DNA of 64,000 bases from Escherichia coli (GTDB lineage: Bacteria > Pseudomonadota > Gammaproteobacteria > Enterobacterales > Enterobacteriaceae): NCBI RefSeq assembly GCF_050320075.1, contig NZ_CP190018.1; one strand, written 5' to 3'. Below the pieces are notes generated by a model. The model did no database searches. It saw only the letters and a program-made list of their open reading frames with translations, and was not told the DNA's origin. The position numbers and the translations under genes were made by a program. Position 1 is the stretch's first letter, and each line of letters starts with the position of its first letter. Below, one piece after another: positions 24,399 through 34,711 of the stretch.

Positions 24399-25040
24399 AT
24401 GTTTACGGGGATTGTACAGGGCACCGCAAAACTGGTGTCGATTGACGAGAAACCAAATTTTCGCACGCATGTGGTGGAGTTACCCGACCACATGCTGGAC
24501 GGCCTGGAAACCGGTGCGTCCGTGGCGCATAACGGTTGCTGCCTGACCGTAACGGAAATTAACGGCAACCATGTCAGTTTTGACCTCATGAAAGAAACGT
24601 TACGCATTACCAATCTTGGCGATTTAAAAGTGGGGGATTGGGTAAACGTTGAGCGTGCGGCGAAATTCAGCGATGAAATTGGCGGACACTTAATGTCAGG
24701 TCATATTATGACCACCGCTGAAGTCGCGAAAATATTAACCTCGGAAAATAATCGCCAGATCTGGTTTAAAGTCCAGGATAGTCAGTTGATGAAATATATC
24801 CTGTACAAAGGATTTATTGGCATCGACGGTATTAGCCTGACCGTCGGCGAAGTCACGCCAACGCGTTTTTGCGTCCATTTAATTCCGGAAACACTGGAAC
24901 GCACGACTCTTGGGAAGAAAAAACTCGGCGCACGCGTCAACATTGAAATCGATCCACAAACTCAGGCAGTGGTAGATACGGTAGAACGAGTGCTGGCGGC
25001 ACGAGAAAATGCCATGAATCAACCAGGTACAGAAGCCTGA
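24399..25040 (+). CDS. ribC: riboflavin synthase alpha chain, 213 aa (ribC in E. coli nomenclature, ribE elsewhere)
   Basis: [21 protein letters not shown]...; two lumazine-binding repeats. Confidence 0.93.
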   Translation: MFTGIVQGTAKLVSIDEKPNFRTHVVELPDHMLDGLETGASVAHNGCCLTVTEINGNHVSFDLMKETLRITNLGDLKVGDWVNVERAAKFSDEIGGHLMSGHIMTTAEVAKILTSENNRQIWFKVQDSQLMKYILYKGFIGIDGISLTVGEVTPTRFCVHLIPETLERTTLGKKKLGARVNIEIDPQTQAVVDTVERVLAARENAMNQPGTEA

Positions 25041-25046
25041 TCTGAA

Positions 25047-25069
25047 ATCGCCCCCGGAGAGGGGGCGAT
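25047..25069. terminator. hairpin between convergent ribC and cfa (weak, no clear U-tract)
   Basis: ATCGCCCCC-GGAGA-GGGGGCGAT inverted repeat. Confidence 0.4.
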
Positions 25070-25079
25070 AGAATAGCCT

Positions 25080-26228
25080 TTAGCGAGCCACTCGAAGGCC
25101 GTTTTCAACACCGCGTGAGAACACGACCTGCCAGAGCTGAATATCACGGGCGCGGAAAGCACCTGCACAGGCATTCAGATAATAGGTAAACATCCGTTTA
25201 AAGCGTTCACTGTAGTTATCCGCAATTTCTGGCCATGCGGCGAGGAATCGTTCATACCACGCCATCAACGTAGTATCGTAATCAGCACCGAAGTTATGCC
25301 AGTCTTCCATCACAAAGTGGGGTTCGCTGGACTGAGCAATCTGGCGTACAGAGGGCAGGCAACCGTTCGGAAAAATATATTTATTAATCCAGGGATCAAC
25401 ATTCAGATCGGTTTTTTTCGAACCGATAGTATGGAGCAGGAATATGCCTTCCGGTTTCAAATTACGATCCACCACCGCAAAATAAGTATCGTAATTTTTC
25501 GGTCCGACGTGCTCGAACATCCCCACAGAAACAATACGATCAAACTGGTCGTTCAGGTCACGATAATCTTGCAGCAAAATGGTGACATCCAGGCCTTCGC
25601 AGCGTTCCTGAGCCATTTTTTGCTGTTCGGCAGAAATGGTGACGCCAACCACGCTTACGTCATAATTAGATGCCATGTAGTGCGCCAGTCCGCCCCAGCC
25701 GCAGCCAATATCCAGTACGCGCATCCCTGGTTTTAACTGCAATTTTTCACAAATCATTTTGAGCTTCGCCTGCTGGGCAGATTCCAGATTATCGGCATCT
25801 TTCCAGTAAGCGCAGGAATATTGCATGAAGGGATCAAGCATGCGGCTGAACAAGTCATTACCCAAATCGTAATGCTCTTTGCCGACTATCCAGGCACGTT
25901 TTTTACTCTGCAGATTGAAGAGACGAGCGCCGGCAATACGCAGCGTGTCTTTGAAATGATGGGGGAGTTGGTTCTCGAGACCTGCGCGTAAGACTTTGCT
26001 AAAAAACATATCCAGTCGGTCACATTCCCACCAGCCATCCATATAACTTTCGCCTAACCCCAACGATCCTTCCTGCAGAACGCGTTTAAAAAAATCGGGG
26101 TTTTTCACATGAATATCCGCCGGGGCAGAACCGTTAATGGCTATACCGGCACGGCTAAGTAATTCGTTGGCGATACGGTACCAGTTGTCATCCGGTACAC
26201 TGACTTCTTCTATACACGATGAACTCAT
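25080..26228 (-). CDS. cfa: cyclopropane-fatty-acyl-phospholipid synthase, 382 aa
   Basis: SAM-binding motif VLDIGCGWGG. Confidence 0.95.
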   Translation of the reverse strand: MSSSCIEEVSVPDDNWYRIANELLSRAGIAINGSAPADIHVKNPDFFKRVLQEGSLGLGESYMDGWWECDRLDMFFSKVLRAGLENQLPHHFKDTLRIAGARLFNLQSKKRAWIVGKEHYDLGNDLFSRMLDPFMQYSCAYWKDADNLESAQQAKLKMICEKLQLKPGMRVLDIGCGWGGLAHYMASNYDVSVVGVTISAEQQKMAQERCEGLDVTILLQDYRDLNDQFDRIVSVGMFEHVGPKNYDTYFAVVDRNLKPEGIFLLHTIGSKKTDLNVDPWINKYIFPNGCLPSVRQIAQSSEPHFVMEDWHNFGADYDTTLMAWYERFLAAWPEIADNYSERFKRMFTYYLNACAGAFRARDIQLWQVVFSRGVENGLRVAR

Positions 26229-26518
26229 AGTTTCTCCATCACTGGTCGGTGATCAGAACCTTAAAACAGCGTAGACGCTTTTTGGGCTTTGTGAGAAATC
26301 TCGCAGAAAAAACCGCGAGTCTATAATCCGACGTAGAACAGAGGGAAAGGAGGAACCCTTGCCGAAATGACCATCCATAGCGAGTCGGGAACGATCCTGT
26401 CCCCGTAAAAACATAATATTTATCGTAGCTTTAACAACTCGAAATTAGTATAGGCCGCTAATTTCAATCATACAACAAAATTTTGTTAGCAGCCTAAGTA
26501 TAAGCATATCGATATAGA

Positions 26519-27730
26519 TCAGTGTGATTCGCTATGAGCGACTTCGGCATTGCCATGATTCTGGCAGTCTACTTCTTCACAACGTTGCATCATGTAACCC
26601 AGAGCAACCAGCACTACTGTTGATAACATCACGCTGGTGGTGGTGAGCAATGGCGTGCTGATACTGATAAGCCAGGAAACTACCAGACTTGCGAGGAAGC
26701 ACAGACCCAGTTGTAGAGTGTTCTGCAACGCTGCGGCGCGACCAGTTGCATGTGGGAAGGGACGCAGCGCCTGGGCGACAACAATCGGGTAGATCGCGCC
26801 ATTGGCAATCGCCATCACACAGAATGGGATCAGGATTTCGACTAGCGACACATGGCTAATGAAGCCCGCAGCCCAGGTCGCAATGACGCTGACAGCAAAC
26901 AGTACCAGCAACCACGGTAATAACTGCTTGCCTTGCCATTTCTGCAGTGCGGCGCGACAGCCATAACCACCAATCAGAAACGCGATAGTTTGCGGGACAT
27001 AACTTAAACCAATAACTGCCGGGCTGTAGCCCATTTCACTAAGGATGAACGGTGAGCCGGTCAGCCATGCAAAAAAACTGGCTGAACAGGCCGCATATAT
27101 CAGCACGTTGCCGCGATAGGTTTTAGAACGTAGCAGGTCGGTAAAGGTCAGACCATCCTGACTATTGTTACGGGCCTTCGTCGTGGGTTTGAGCCAGAAA
27201 ATAGGCAGAATCAGCACCACGGTAATGGCAAACAGGGTGGCGAAAATCGCCTGCCAGGAAAAATGGACCAGCAGCCAGCTTCCTAACAGAGGAGCCAGTG
27301 CCGGAGATAGACCCACCAGCGGCATGATGGTCGCAAAAATACGGTTAACTTTCTGTGAAGGATAATAATCCGTCACTAACGCTTGCCAGATAACCGCCGC
27401 GGCGCAGACACCCACAGCCTGTACAAAACGCAATACCAGCAGCGTAGCGGCGTTTTCTACCCACAGCATCCCCAGACTACCTAACGCAAAAATTGTCAGG
27501 CCGATTAATAATACCGGTTTACGACCATAACGGTCGGAGAGCGGCCCCCACAGAAGCTGGGCTGCGGCAAAACCGGCAAGGAACAGACTAAGGCTGGCAC
27601 TGACAGCAGACGCAGGCGTTTGCAGGTCGGCCTGTATGGCGGCGAAAGCAGGCAGATACATATCGGTTGCCAGAAAACCGAGTACGCTCAAACCCGCCAG
27701 CCAGACTAAAAATCTTTTCCCAGGTTGCAT
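26519..27730 (-). CDS. punC: MFS transporter PunC (YdhC), 403 aa
   Basis: 403-aa 12-TM MFS protein divergent from a LysR regulator. Confidence 0.88.
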   Translation of the reverse strand: MQPGKRFLVWLAGLSVLGFLATDMYLPAFAAIQADLQTPASAVSASLSLFLAGFAAAQLLWGPLSDRYGRKPVLLIGLTIFALGSLGMLWVENAATLLVLRFVQAVGVCAAAVIWQALVTDYYPSQKVNRIFATIMPLVGLSPALAPLLGSWLLVHFSWQAIFATLFAITVVLILPIFWLKPTTKARNNSQDGLTFTDLLRSKTYRGNVLIYAACSASFFAWLTGSPFILSEMGYSPAVIGLSYVPQTIAFLIGGYGCRAALQKWQGKQLLPWLLVLFAVSVIATWAAGFISHVSLVEILIPFCVMAIANGAIYPIVVAQALRPFPHATGRAAALQNTLQLGLCFLASLVVSWLISISTPLLTTTSVMLSTVVLVALGYMMQRCEEVDCQNHGNAEVAHSESH

Positions 27731-27842
27731 GTATATTCTCTAAATCTCTCAATTAAACACCGCCGCAAAGTGTAGGGAGTGAAATTAGTGTTGTGAAACG
27801 GTAATATTTGATGACTGGTTTCAAAAATTTTGCAGGCAGACT

Positions 27843-28775
27843 ATGTGGTCAGAATATTCACTCGAAGTTGTTGATGCGGTAGCGCGTAATGGTAGTTTTA
27901 GCGCTGCGGCACAGGAGTTGCATCGCGTTCCTTCTGCGGTCAGCTATACCGTGCGTCAGCTGGAAGAGTGGCTGGCGGTGCCGCTGTTTGAACGACGTCA
28001 CCGTGATGTGGAACTGACCGCTGCCGGGGCGTGGTTTCTCAAAGAAGGGCGCTCTGTTGTCAAAAAAATGCAGATCACCCGGCAGCAATGTCAGCAGATA
28101 GCGAACGGCTGGCGCGGTCAGTTAGCTATCGCAGTGGATAATATTGTCAGGCCGGAACGTACACGGCAGATGATCGTTGATTTTTATCGCCATTTTGATG
28201 ATGTCGAACTCCTTGTCTTTCAGGAAGTGTTCAACGGTGTCTGGGATGCGCTTTCCGACGGGCGCGTGGAACTGGCGATTGGCGCAACACGCGCGATTCC
28301 GGTAGGCGGTCGTTATGCCTTCCGCGATATGGGGATGCTAAGCTGGAGTTGCGTTGTTGCCAGTCACCACCCGCTGGCGTTGATGGATGGCCCGTTCAGC
28401 GATGATACGTTGCGCAACTGGCCGTCGTTGGTGCGCGAAGACACCTCGCGAACGCTACCTAAACGTATTACCTGGTTGCTGGATAACCAAAAAAGACTTG
28501 TCGTGCCTGACTGGGAATCATCGGCAACCTGTATCTCTGCAGGATTATGCATAGGGATGGTGCCAACACATTTCGCCAAACCGTGGCTTAATGAGGGGAA
28601 GTGGGTGGCACTAGAACTGGAAAACCCCTTCCCGGATTCGGCATGTTGTCTGACATGGCAGCAAAATGATATGTCGCCTGCGTTAACCTGGTTGCTTGAG
28701 TATCTCGGCGATAGTGAGACGCTGAATAAGGAGTGGCTGCGGGAGCCGGAAGAGACTCCCGCAACGGGTGATTAA
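27843..28775 (+). CDS. punR: LysR-family transcriptional regulator PunR (YdhB), 310 aa
   Basis: N-terminal [36 protein letters not shown]; 3' end overlaps purR stop by 4 nt. Confidence 0.88.
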
Positions 28776-29797
28776 CGACGATAGTCGCGGAACGGGCCGT
28801 CAGCCACGGAGCGGCGTTCAATCAACCGCGGATGCACTTCAATGGATTGCGGTTCTTCGCGTTTATTGACGATACGATCCAACAGCATATTGAACGCAGT
28901 TTCGCCCAGCGAATCTTTTGGCTGATGGATCGTGGTCAGCGCCGGCGTAAAATAGCGGGCGTTGCGCACGTTATCATACCCGATCAGCGAAACATCCTGC
29001 GGGACGCGCAGACCCATTTCATCAGCAGCACAAAGTGCGCCCATTGCCATGATATCGCCACCACAGAAGACGGCAGTAGGGCGATGCGGCTGCGACAGGA
29101 TTTGCTGCATGGCGCGATAACCGGATTCAGGTTCAAAGTCACCCTGCACAATCCAGCTTTCCGGCACTTTGATCATCGCTTCTTCCATCGCCTTCATAAA
29201 ACCGGCAAGGCGGCCTGCGCCGGTGTTACGTTCCAGTGGGCCAGGGATAACGCCGATTTCGCGGTGACCGCGTTCAATCAGATAACGCCCGGCCATGTAG
29301 CCGCCTTCGAACGCGTTATCAATGACCGCATCGGTGAAGTCAGCTTTTGCTTCACCCCAGTCCATCACCACCATCGGGATATGGCGATACTCTTCCAGCA
29401 TCGCCAGCAACGGCTCTGGGTACTCAGAACACATCACCAGCAGACCATCGACGCGTTTTTGCGCCATCATCGACAGATAAGCCCGCTGTTTCTCAAGATT
29501 GTTCCACGCATTGCCCAGAATCAGGGTGTAACCTTTCTGGAAGCAATTTTTTTCAACCGCTTCAATGATCTCGGCAAAATAGGCCGCTTCGCTGCTGGTC
29601 GCCAGCAAACCGATAGACTTGGTGTGGTTAACCTTCAGACTACGCGCCACCGCGCTAGGGGAGTAGTGTAATTCTTTGATCGCTGCCCACACGGCGTTGC
29701 GCGTTTCTTCAGCGACGAAACGTGTTTTGTTGATCACGTGTGACACAGTTGTAGTGGAAACGTTTGCTCGTTTCGCTACATCTTTTATTGTTGCCAT
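28772..29797 (-). CDS. purR: purine repressor PurR (LacI family), 341 aa
   Basis: [55 protein letters not shown]... Confidence 0.97.
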
Positions 29798-29841
29798 TCC
29801 ATTTCACTCCAGACCCTAACTTCAGCTCCTGCAAAATCGCA

Positions 29842-29857
29842 AGGTAAACGTTTGCCT
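29842..29857 (-). promoter_or_regulatory. PurR operator (PUR box) in the purR leader
   Basis: Minus strand reads AGGCAAACGTTTACCT, matching ANGCAAACGTTTNCNT; 45-60 bp upstream of purR ATG. Confidence 0.6.
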
Positions 29858-30066
29858 TTACACACCTTACGCACAACAAAAGTGTTGCGGTACGCCGGAA
29901 AAACGACACGGAGCGTCAGGAAGGGGTCAATGGCCAGTACGCAAATAGTGTAAGCGTGGAATTTTGGCCGATCTTGACGAAAAGGGGAAGTGGTAAAAAC
30001 ACTTATCATTATAAATGACGGGAGATTTTTTCATCACAGTGTGTAAAAATGCGTAATATCACTTTT

Positions 30067-30075
30067 TGTGTGGTA
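30067..30075. repeat. IS1 target-site duplication, left copy TGTGTGGTA
   Basis: Identical 9-mer directly flanks both ends of the element. Confidence 0.9.
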
Positions 30076-30098
30076 GGTGATGCTGCCAACTTACTGAT
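30076..30098. repeat. IS1 left terminal inverted repeat
   Basis: GGTGATGCTGCCAACTTACTGAT. Confidence 0.9.
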
Positions 30099-30130
30099 TT
30101 AGTGTATGATGGTGTTTTTGAGGTGCTCCA

Positions 30131-30406
30131 GTGGCTTCTGTTTCTATCAGCTGTCCCTCCTGTTCAGCTACTGACGGGGTGGTGCGTAACGGCAAAAGCA
30201 CCGCCGGACATCAGCGCTATCTCTGCTCTCACTGCCGTAAAACATGGCAACTGCAGTTCACTTACACCGCTTCTCAACCCGGTACGCACCAGAAAATCAT
30301 TGATATGGCCATGAATGGCGTTGGATGCCGGGCAACTGCCCGCATTATGGGCGTTGGCCTCAACACGATTTTCCGCCATTTAAAAAACTCAGGCCGCAGT
30401 CGGTAA
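30131..30406 (+). CDS. insA: IS1 InsA (DNA-binding inhibitor; N-terminal part of InsAB' transposase), 91 aa
   Basis: [43 protein letters not shown]... zinc-finger and HTH. Confidence 0.97.
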   Translation: MASVSISCPSCSATDGVVRNGKSTAGHQRYLCSHCRKTWQLQFTYTASQPGTHQKIIDMAMNGVGCRATARIMGVGLNTIFRHLKNSGRSR

Positions 30407-30828
30407 CCTCGCGCATACAGCCGGGCAGTGACGTCATCGTCTGCGCGGAAATGGACGAACAGTGGGGATACGTCGGGGCTAAATCGCGCCAGCGCTGGCT
30501 GTTTTACGCGTATGACAGGCTCCGGAAGACGGTTGTTGCGCACGTATTCGGTGAACGCACTATGGCGACGCTGGGGCGTCTTATGAGCCTGCTGTCACCC
30601 TTTGACGTGGTGATATGGATGACGGATGGCTGGCCGCTGTATGAATCCCGCCTGAAGGGAAAGCTGCACGTAATCAGCAAGCGATATACGCAGCGAATTG
30701 AGCGGCATAACCTGAATCTGAGGCAGCACCTGGCACGGCTGGGACGGAAGTCGCTGTCGTTCTCAAAATCGGTGGAGCTGCATGACAAAGTCATCGGGCA
30801 TTATCTGAACATAAAACACTATCAATAA
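30325..30828 (+). CDS. insB: IS1 InsB reading frame, 167 aa; expressed as InsAB' by -1 frameshift
   Basis: [16 protein letters not shown]...; overlaps insA in the -1 frame. Confidence 0.95.
   Translation: MPGNCPHYGRWPQHDFPPFKKLRPQSVTSRIQPGSDVIVCAEMDEQWGYVGAKSRQRWLFYAYDRLRKTVVAHVFGERTMATLGRLMSLLSPFDVVIWMTDGWPLYESRLKGKLHVISKRYTQRIERHNLNLRQHLARLGRKSLSFSKSVELHDKVIGHYLNIKHYQ
30382..30388 (+). other. IS1 programmed -1 ribosomal frameshift slippery site AAAAAAC
   Basis: A6C heptamer in the insA/insB overlap, read directly. Confidence 0.85.
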
Positions 30829-30843
30829 GTTGGAGTCATTACC
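30821..30843. repeat. IS1 right terminal inverted repeat
   Basis: Reverse complement GGTAATGACTCCAACTTATTGAT is an imperfect match to the left repeat. Confidence 0.9.
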
Positions 30844-30852
30844 TGTGTGGTA
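30844..30852. repeat. IS1 target-site duplication, right copy TGTGTGGTA
   Basis: Identical to 30067-30075. Confidence 0.9.
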
Positions 30853-30872
30853 ATAAAAAAGGAGAAAACTTG

Positions 30873-30962
30873 ATGAGCACCGACCTTAAATTTTCACTGG
30901 TAACAACGATTATCGTCCTCGGTTTGATCGTGGCCGTGGGTTTGACTGCCGCGCTGCACTGA
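30873..30962 (+). CDS. ynhF: small hydrophobic protein YnhF, 29 aa
   Basis: ATG at 30873 preceded by GGAG; single-TM peptide MSTDLKFSLVTTIIVLGLIVAVGLTAALH; not in the ORF track because it is shorter than the track cut-off. Confidence 0.7.
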   Translation: MSTDLKFSLVTTIIVLGLIVAVGLTAALH

Positions 30963-31127
30963 TTTCCTCTCGAGGGAGCGCGTTCTCCCTCGCATCTCCT
31001 TCCTGTTTGTTAGCAAAATGGCAAAAGTGTTTTCTCTTTTTGTTATTTTCATTTTTTTGTGATTGCTGTCATGCTTTCGCCACTTTAATGAATATCGCGT
31101 AATGACGCGAAGAGGTGGAGATAAGGC

Positions 31128-32297
31128 ATGAAAATTAACTATCCGTTGCTGGCGCTGGCGATTGGCGCGTTTGGTATCGGGACAACGGAGTTCTCGCCAA
31201 TGGGCTTGTTGCCCGTCATTGCGCGCGGTGTGGATGTCTCGATTCCCGCTGCCGGAATGTTAATCAGTGCCTATGCAGTTGGCGTAATGGTTGGCGCGCC
31301 GCTGATGACGCTTCTACTTTCTCATCGTGCCCGCCGCAGTGCGTTGATTTTCCTGATGGCGATTTTCACGCTCGGCAATGTACTTTCCGCCATCGCGCCG
31401 GATTATATGACTCTGATGCTTTCACGCATTTTGACCAGCCTGAATCACGGAGCATTTTTTGGTTTGGGTTCAGTTGTGGCCGCAAGCGTGGTGCCAAAAC
31501 ATAAACAGGCCAGCGCAGTTGCCACTATGTTTATGGGGTTAACCCTGGCAAATATCGGTGGCGTGCCGGCGGCGACCTGGTTGGGTGAAACCATCGGCTG
31601 GCGGATGTCATTTCTGGCAACGGCGGGGCTGGGAGTGATTTCAATGGTAAGTCTGTTCTTCTCATTACCTAAAGGTGGCGCAGGGGCGCGACCTGAAGTG
31701 AAAAAAGAGCTGGCGGTATTAATGCGTCCGCAGGTGCTGTCTGCATTGCTGACGACGGTACTGGGAGCTGGTGCAATGTTTACCCTCTACACCTATATCT
31801 CTCCGGTACTGCAAAGTATTACCCACGCAACGCCGGTGTTCGTTACGGCAATGCTGGTGCTGATTGGTGTCGGATTCTCTATTGGTAACTATCTCGGCGG
31901 CAAACTGGCAGATCGTTCAGTTAACGGCACGTTGAAAGGCTTTTTGTTGCTGCTGATGGTGATTATGCTGGCAATCCCGTTCCTGGCCCGCAATGAGTTC
32001 GGCGCAGCTATTAGCATGGTGGTGTGGGGCGCTGCAACCTTTGCGGTCGTACCGCCGTTACAGATGCGCGTGATGCGTGTCGCCAGTGAAGCGCCAGGTC
32101 TGTCTTCATCAGTCAATATTGGTGCCTTTAATCTTGGAAATGCGCTGGGAGCAGCTGCTGGTGGTGCGGTAATTTCCGCTGGGCTGGGATACAGTTTTGT
32201 GCCGGTGATGGGGGCGATAGTCGCGGGACTGGCATTATTGCTGGTGTTTATGTCAGCCAGAAAACAACCTGAGGCAGTTTGCGTTGCCAACAGCTAA
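31128..32297 (+). CDS. ydhP: MFS transporter YdhP, 389 aa
   Basis: 389-aa 12-TM MFS protein. Confidence 0.9.
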   Translation: MKINYPLLALAIGAFGIGTTEFSPMGLLPVIARGVDVSIPAAGMLISAYAVGVMVGAPLMTLLLSHRARRSALIFLMAIFTLGNVLSAIAPDYMTLMLSRILTSLNHGAFFGLGSVVAASVVPKHKQASAVATMFMGLTLANIGGVPAATWLGETIGWRMSFLATAGLGVISMVSLFFSLPKGGAGARPEVKKELAVLMRPQVLSALLTTVLGAGAMFTLYTYISPVLQSITHATPVFVTAMLVLIGVGFSIGNYLGGKLADRSVNGTLKGFLLLLMVIMLAIPFLARNEFGAAISMVVWGAATFAVVPPLQMRVMRVASEAPGLSSSVNIGAFNLGNALGAAAGGAVISAGLGYSFVPVMGAIVAGLALLLVFMSARKQPEAVCVANS

Positions 32298-32298
32298 T

Positions 32299-32331
32299 TA
32301 AACAAAAACGCAGAAGGATAACCTTCTGCGT
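32299..32331. terminator. intrinsic terminator between convergent ydhP and sodB; T-tract on the sodB (minus) side
   Basis: ACGCAGAAGG-ATAA-CCTTCTGCGT; minus strand continues TTTTTGTTTAATT. Confidence 0.7.
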
Positions 32332-32442
32332 TACAGTTGCTGGCAACGTGCGATTTATCTTGCCGGATGCGGTGTTAACGCTTCATCCGAGTTGGCATGG
32401 TAAGCGAAGCGCATCAGGCAATGTTGCATTTGCCATCAGTTA

Positions 32443-33024
32443 TTATGCAGCGAGGTTTTTTGCTACGAATTCCCAGTTCACCAGCGCCCAGAAGTGCTCC
32501 AGATAGCCAGGACGTGCATTGCGATAGTCGATGTAATAAGCGTGTTCCCAGACATCAACGGTCAGCAGTGGAGTCGCATCGGTGGTCAGCGGAGTACCCG
32601 CGTTAGAGGTTGAAACGATAGCCAGTTTGCCATCGCTGTTTTTCACCAGCCAGGTCCAGCCAGAACCAAAGTTTTTGATTGCTGCATCAGTAAACTGTGC
32701 TTTGAAATCGGCAAAGCTGCCAAAAGATGCGGCGATAGCTTCAGCGACTTTTCCAGTCGGTTCGCCACCCGCGTTCGGTGCCAGGCAGTTCCAGTAGAAA
32801 GTATGGTTCCAGACCTGAGCTGCGTTGTTGAATACGCCACCTTCAGAGCTGCGAATAATCTCTTCCAGTGATTTACCTTCAAACGCGGTACCTTTAATCA
32901 GGTTGTTCAGGTTAGTGACATAAGTCTGATGATGCTTGCCGTAGTGATACTCGATAGTTTCCGCAGAAATGTGCGGTGCCAGAGCATCTTTAGCATATGG
33001 TAGTGCAGGTAATTCGAATGACAT
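32443..33024 (-). CDS. sodB: iron superoxide dismutase SodB, 193 aa
   Basis: [40 protein letters not shown]... Confidence 0.97.
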   Translation of the reverse strand: MSFELPALPYAKDALAPHISAETIEYHYGKHHQTYVTNLNNLIKGTAFEGKSLEEIIRSSEGGVFNNAAQVWNHTFYWNCLAPNAGGEPTGKVAEAIAASFGSFADFKAQFTDAAIKNFGSGWTWLVKNSDGKLAIVSTSNAGTPLTTDATPLLTVDVWEHAYYIDYRNARPGYLEHFWALVNWEFVAKNLAA

Positions 33025-33151
33025 TGCTACTCTCCTTTATTATTAATTTGCATACGTACAATAGCCTTATTGTGCGTATGGATAGGGTAGCAAATTAAAA
33101 GGTGAGACAAAAGATGAACTTACCCTGTTGCCGTAACAACAGGGTAAAGTT

Positions 33152-33979
33152 TTAGCGAAGTGTTTTTGGAGTCATTACCCGGCGAGCGCCAACATAGTGG
33201 CGCTGCCAGTAGTCTTCACTGAGAGAAGTGATTTGAATTTCCTGACCCGTACGCGGTGACTGAATAAATTTGCCGTTGCCGACATACACGCCGACATGAT
33301 CGGCTGTACCGCGTCCCTGAGTACGGAAGAAGACCAGGTCGCCGTTTTTCAGCTCACTACGTTCGATAGGTGCTGCATCACGCAGGTGATACATTTCATT
33401 CGCCGTACGCGGAATACGAATTTTCACCAAATCTTTATAAGCGTAATAAACCAGGCCGCTGCAATCAAAACCGGTACGCGGTGAGCTGCCACCCCAACGA
33501 TATGGCTTACCAATTTGCTGCATCAGTTTATTCATTGCCACTTTTGTGGCTTTTTGCACCTTCGCTTTGTGTGCGTCGGCAAGGGTTCCTGACGCGGCAT
33601 TTTTGACTTTCACACAATGCGATTTATAGCCCTTACGTTTGGTACACTTTTCGGTAAAGCTGGCTGAGGCCGTTTTATTGACGGCGTGTTTGCTGCGAGT
33701 TTTGGCGTTTTTAGAAGCGGTAATGGAAGATTTTTTAACGGAAGAAGCGGTTTTGCTTTTGGTCGTACTTTTACTGGCGGCTTTTTTCGCTGTTTTCTGG
33801 CTGGCTTTCTGGGTCTTTTTGGTGGTTGCCGTGCTTTTCTTTTTATCTGCTTTTTTGGTGATATGAGTGGTAGCAGAACTCTCCCTGGCTTGCTTTGAAG
33901 CATGGGCCATAGGTGTTAAAGGCAGGGTGGTAAAAAGTAAAGCACAGAGCGTGATCGAAATACGGTTTATCCGCACCAC
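33152..33979 (-). CDS. mepH: NlpC/P60 peptidoglycan endopeptidase MepH (YdhO); start codon uncertain
   Basis: Signal peptide, Lys/Thr/Ser-rich linker, C-terminal NlpC/P60 domain (FDCSGLVYYAY, H near C-terminus). Confidence 0.85.
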   Translation of the reverse strand: MVRINRISITLCALLFTTLPLTPMAHASKQARESSATTHITKKADKKKSTATTKKTQKASQKTAKKAASKSTTKSKTASSVKKSSITASKNAKTRSKHAVNKTASASFTEKCTKRKGYKSHCVKVKNAASGTLADAHKAKVQKATKVAMNKLMQQIGKPYRWGGSSPRTGFDCSGLVYYAYKDLVKIRIPRTANEMYHLRDAAPIERSELKNGDLVFFRTQGRGTADHVGVYVGNGKFIQSPRTGQEIQITSLSEDYWQRHYVGARRVMTPKTLR

Positions 33980-34313
33980 TGAGCGTCCCTCTGTTAAGGC
34001 AGGTCTATCATGCCTGCGTCTGATTTACAAAACTTGATGATTCTAATGCATAGAAGAAGAGAAAGTTAATAGCTTTTATTGTTAAAAAATACGTTTCGTC
34101 GGCGAGCGCAAAAAAATGCAGCAGTGAAAGCTAAAAATGGTTATAAATACGCCAGTTTGCCGTGCATAAGGGAAGAAACGAATATTTGAAATGCAACAAA
34201 TAGAGCAAAGGGATAAAATAGCAAAAGCGTGATGAAAATGTTATTTTCCGATGCCGCACTGACCCGCTACAATGTCAGATTACTGCCGTAAAGAAGTTTG
34301 AGGAAGCAAGACA

Positions 34314-34661
34314 ATGAGCACCACTATCGAAAAAATCCAACGCCAGATTGCTGAAAACCCGATCCTGCTGTACATGAAAGGTTCACCGAAACTGCCGAGC
34401 TGCGGTTTCTCTGCCCAGGCAGTCCAGGCGCTTGCCGCATGTGGCGAACGTTTTGCCTATGTTGATATTCTGCAGAATCCGGACATTCGTGCGGAACTGC
34501 CGAAATATGCTAACTGGCCGACTTTCCCGCAACTGTGGGTTGACGGCGAGCTGGTCGGCGGTTGTGATATCGTGATCGAAATGTATCAGCGTGGCGAACT
34601 GCAGCAGCTGATCAAAGAAACTGCCGCTAAATACAAGTCTGAAGAGCCGGACGCGGAATAA
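34314..34661 (+). CDS. grxD: monothiol glutaredoxin Grx4, 115 aa
   Basis: CGFS active site in ...PKLPSCGFSAQAV... Confidence 0.95.
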   Translation: MSTTIEKIQRQIAENPILLYMKGSPKLPSCGFSAQAVQALAACGERFAYVDILQNPDIRAELPKYANWPTFPQLWVDGELVGGCDIVIEMYQRGELQQLIKETAAKYKSEEPDAE

Positions 34662-34677
34662 TCCGTCCTGCAGTACT

Positions 34678-34710
34678 GACGGATGCGAACGGGCATCCGT
34701 CAGTTCTTTA
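34678..34710 (+). terminator. probable grxD terminator
   Basis: GACGGATGC-GAACGG-GCATCCGTC followed by AGTTCTTTATC. Confidence 0.5.
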
Positions 34711-34711
34711 T

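Larger units (their letters stand above)
30076..30843 (+). mobile_element. insertion sequence IS1, complete, 768 bp
   Basis: Terminal inverted repeats GGTGATGCTGCCAACTTACTGAT ... ATCAATAAGTTGGAGTCATTACC; insA and insB ORFs; A6C frameshift motif; exactly 768 bp; 9-bp direct repeats. Confidence 0.97.

Noticed and set aside
32341-32400. REP-like sequence (GCCGGATGCGG...CATCCG) between ydhP and sodB
   Set aside because: Only a partial match to the REP consensus as I remember it; cannot be called without alignment.
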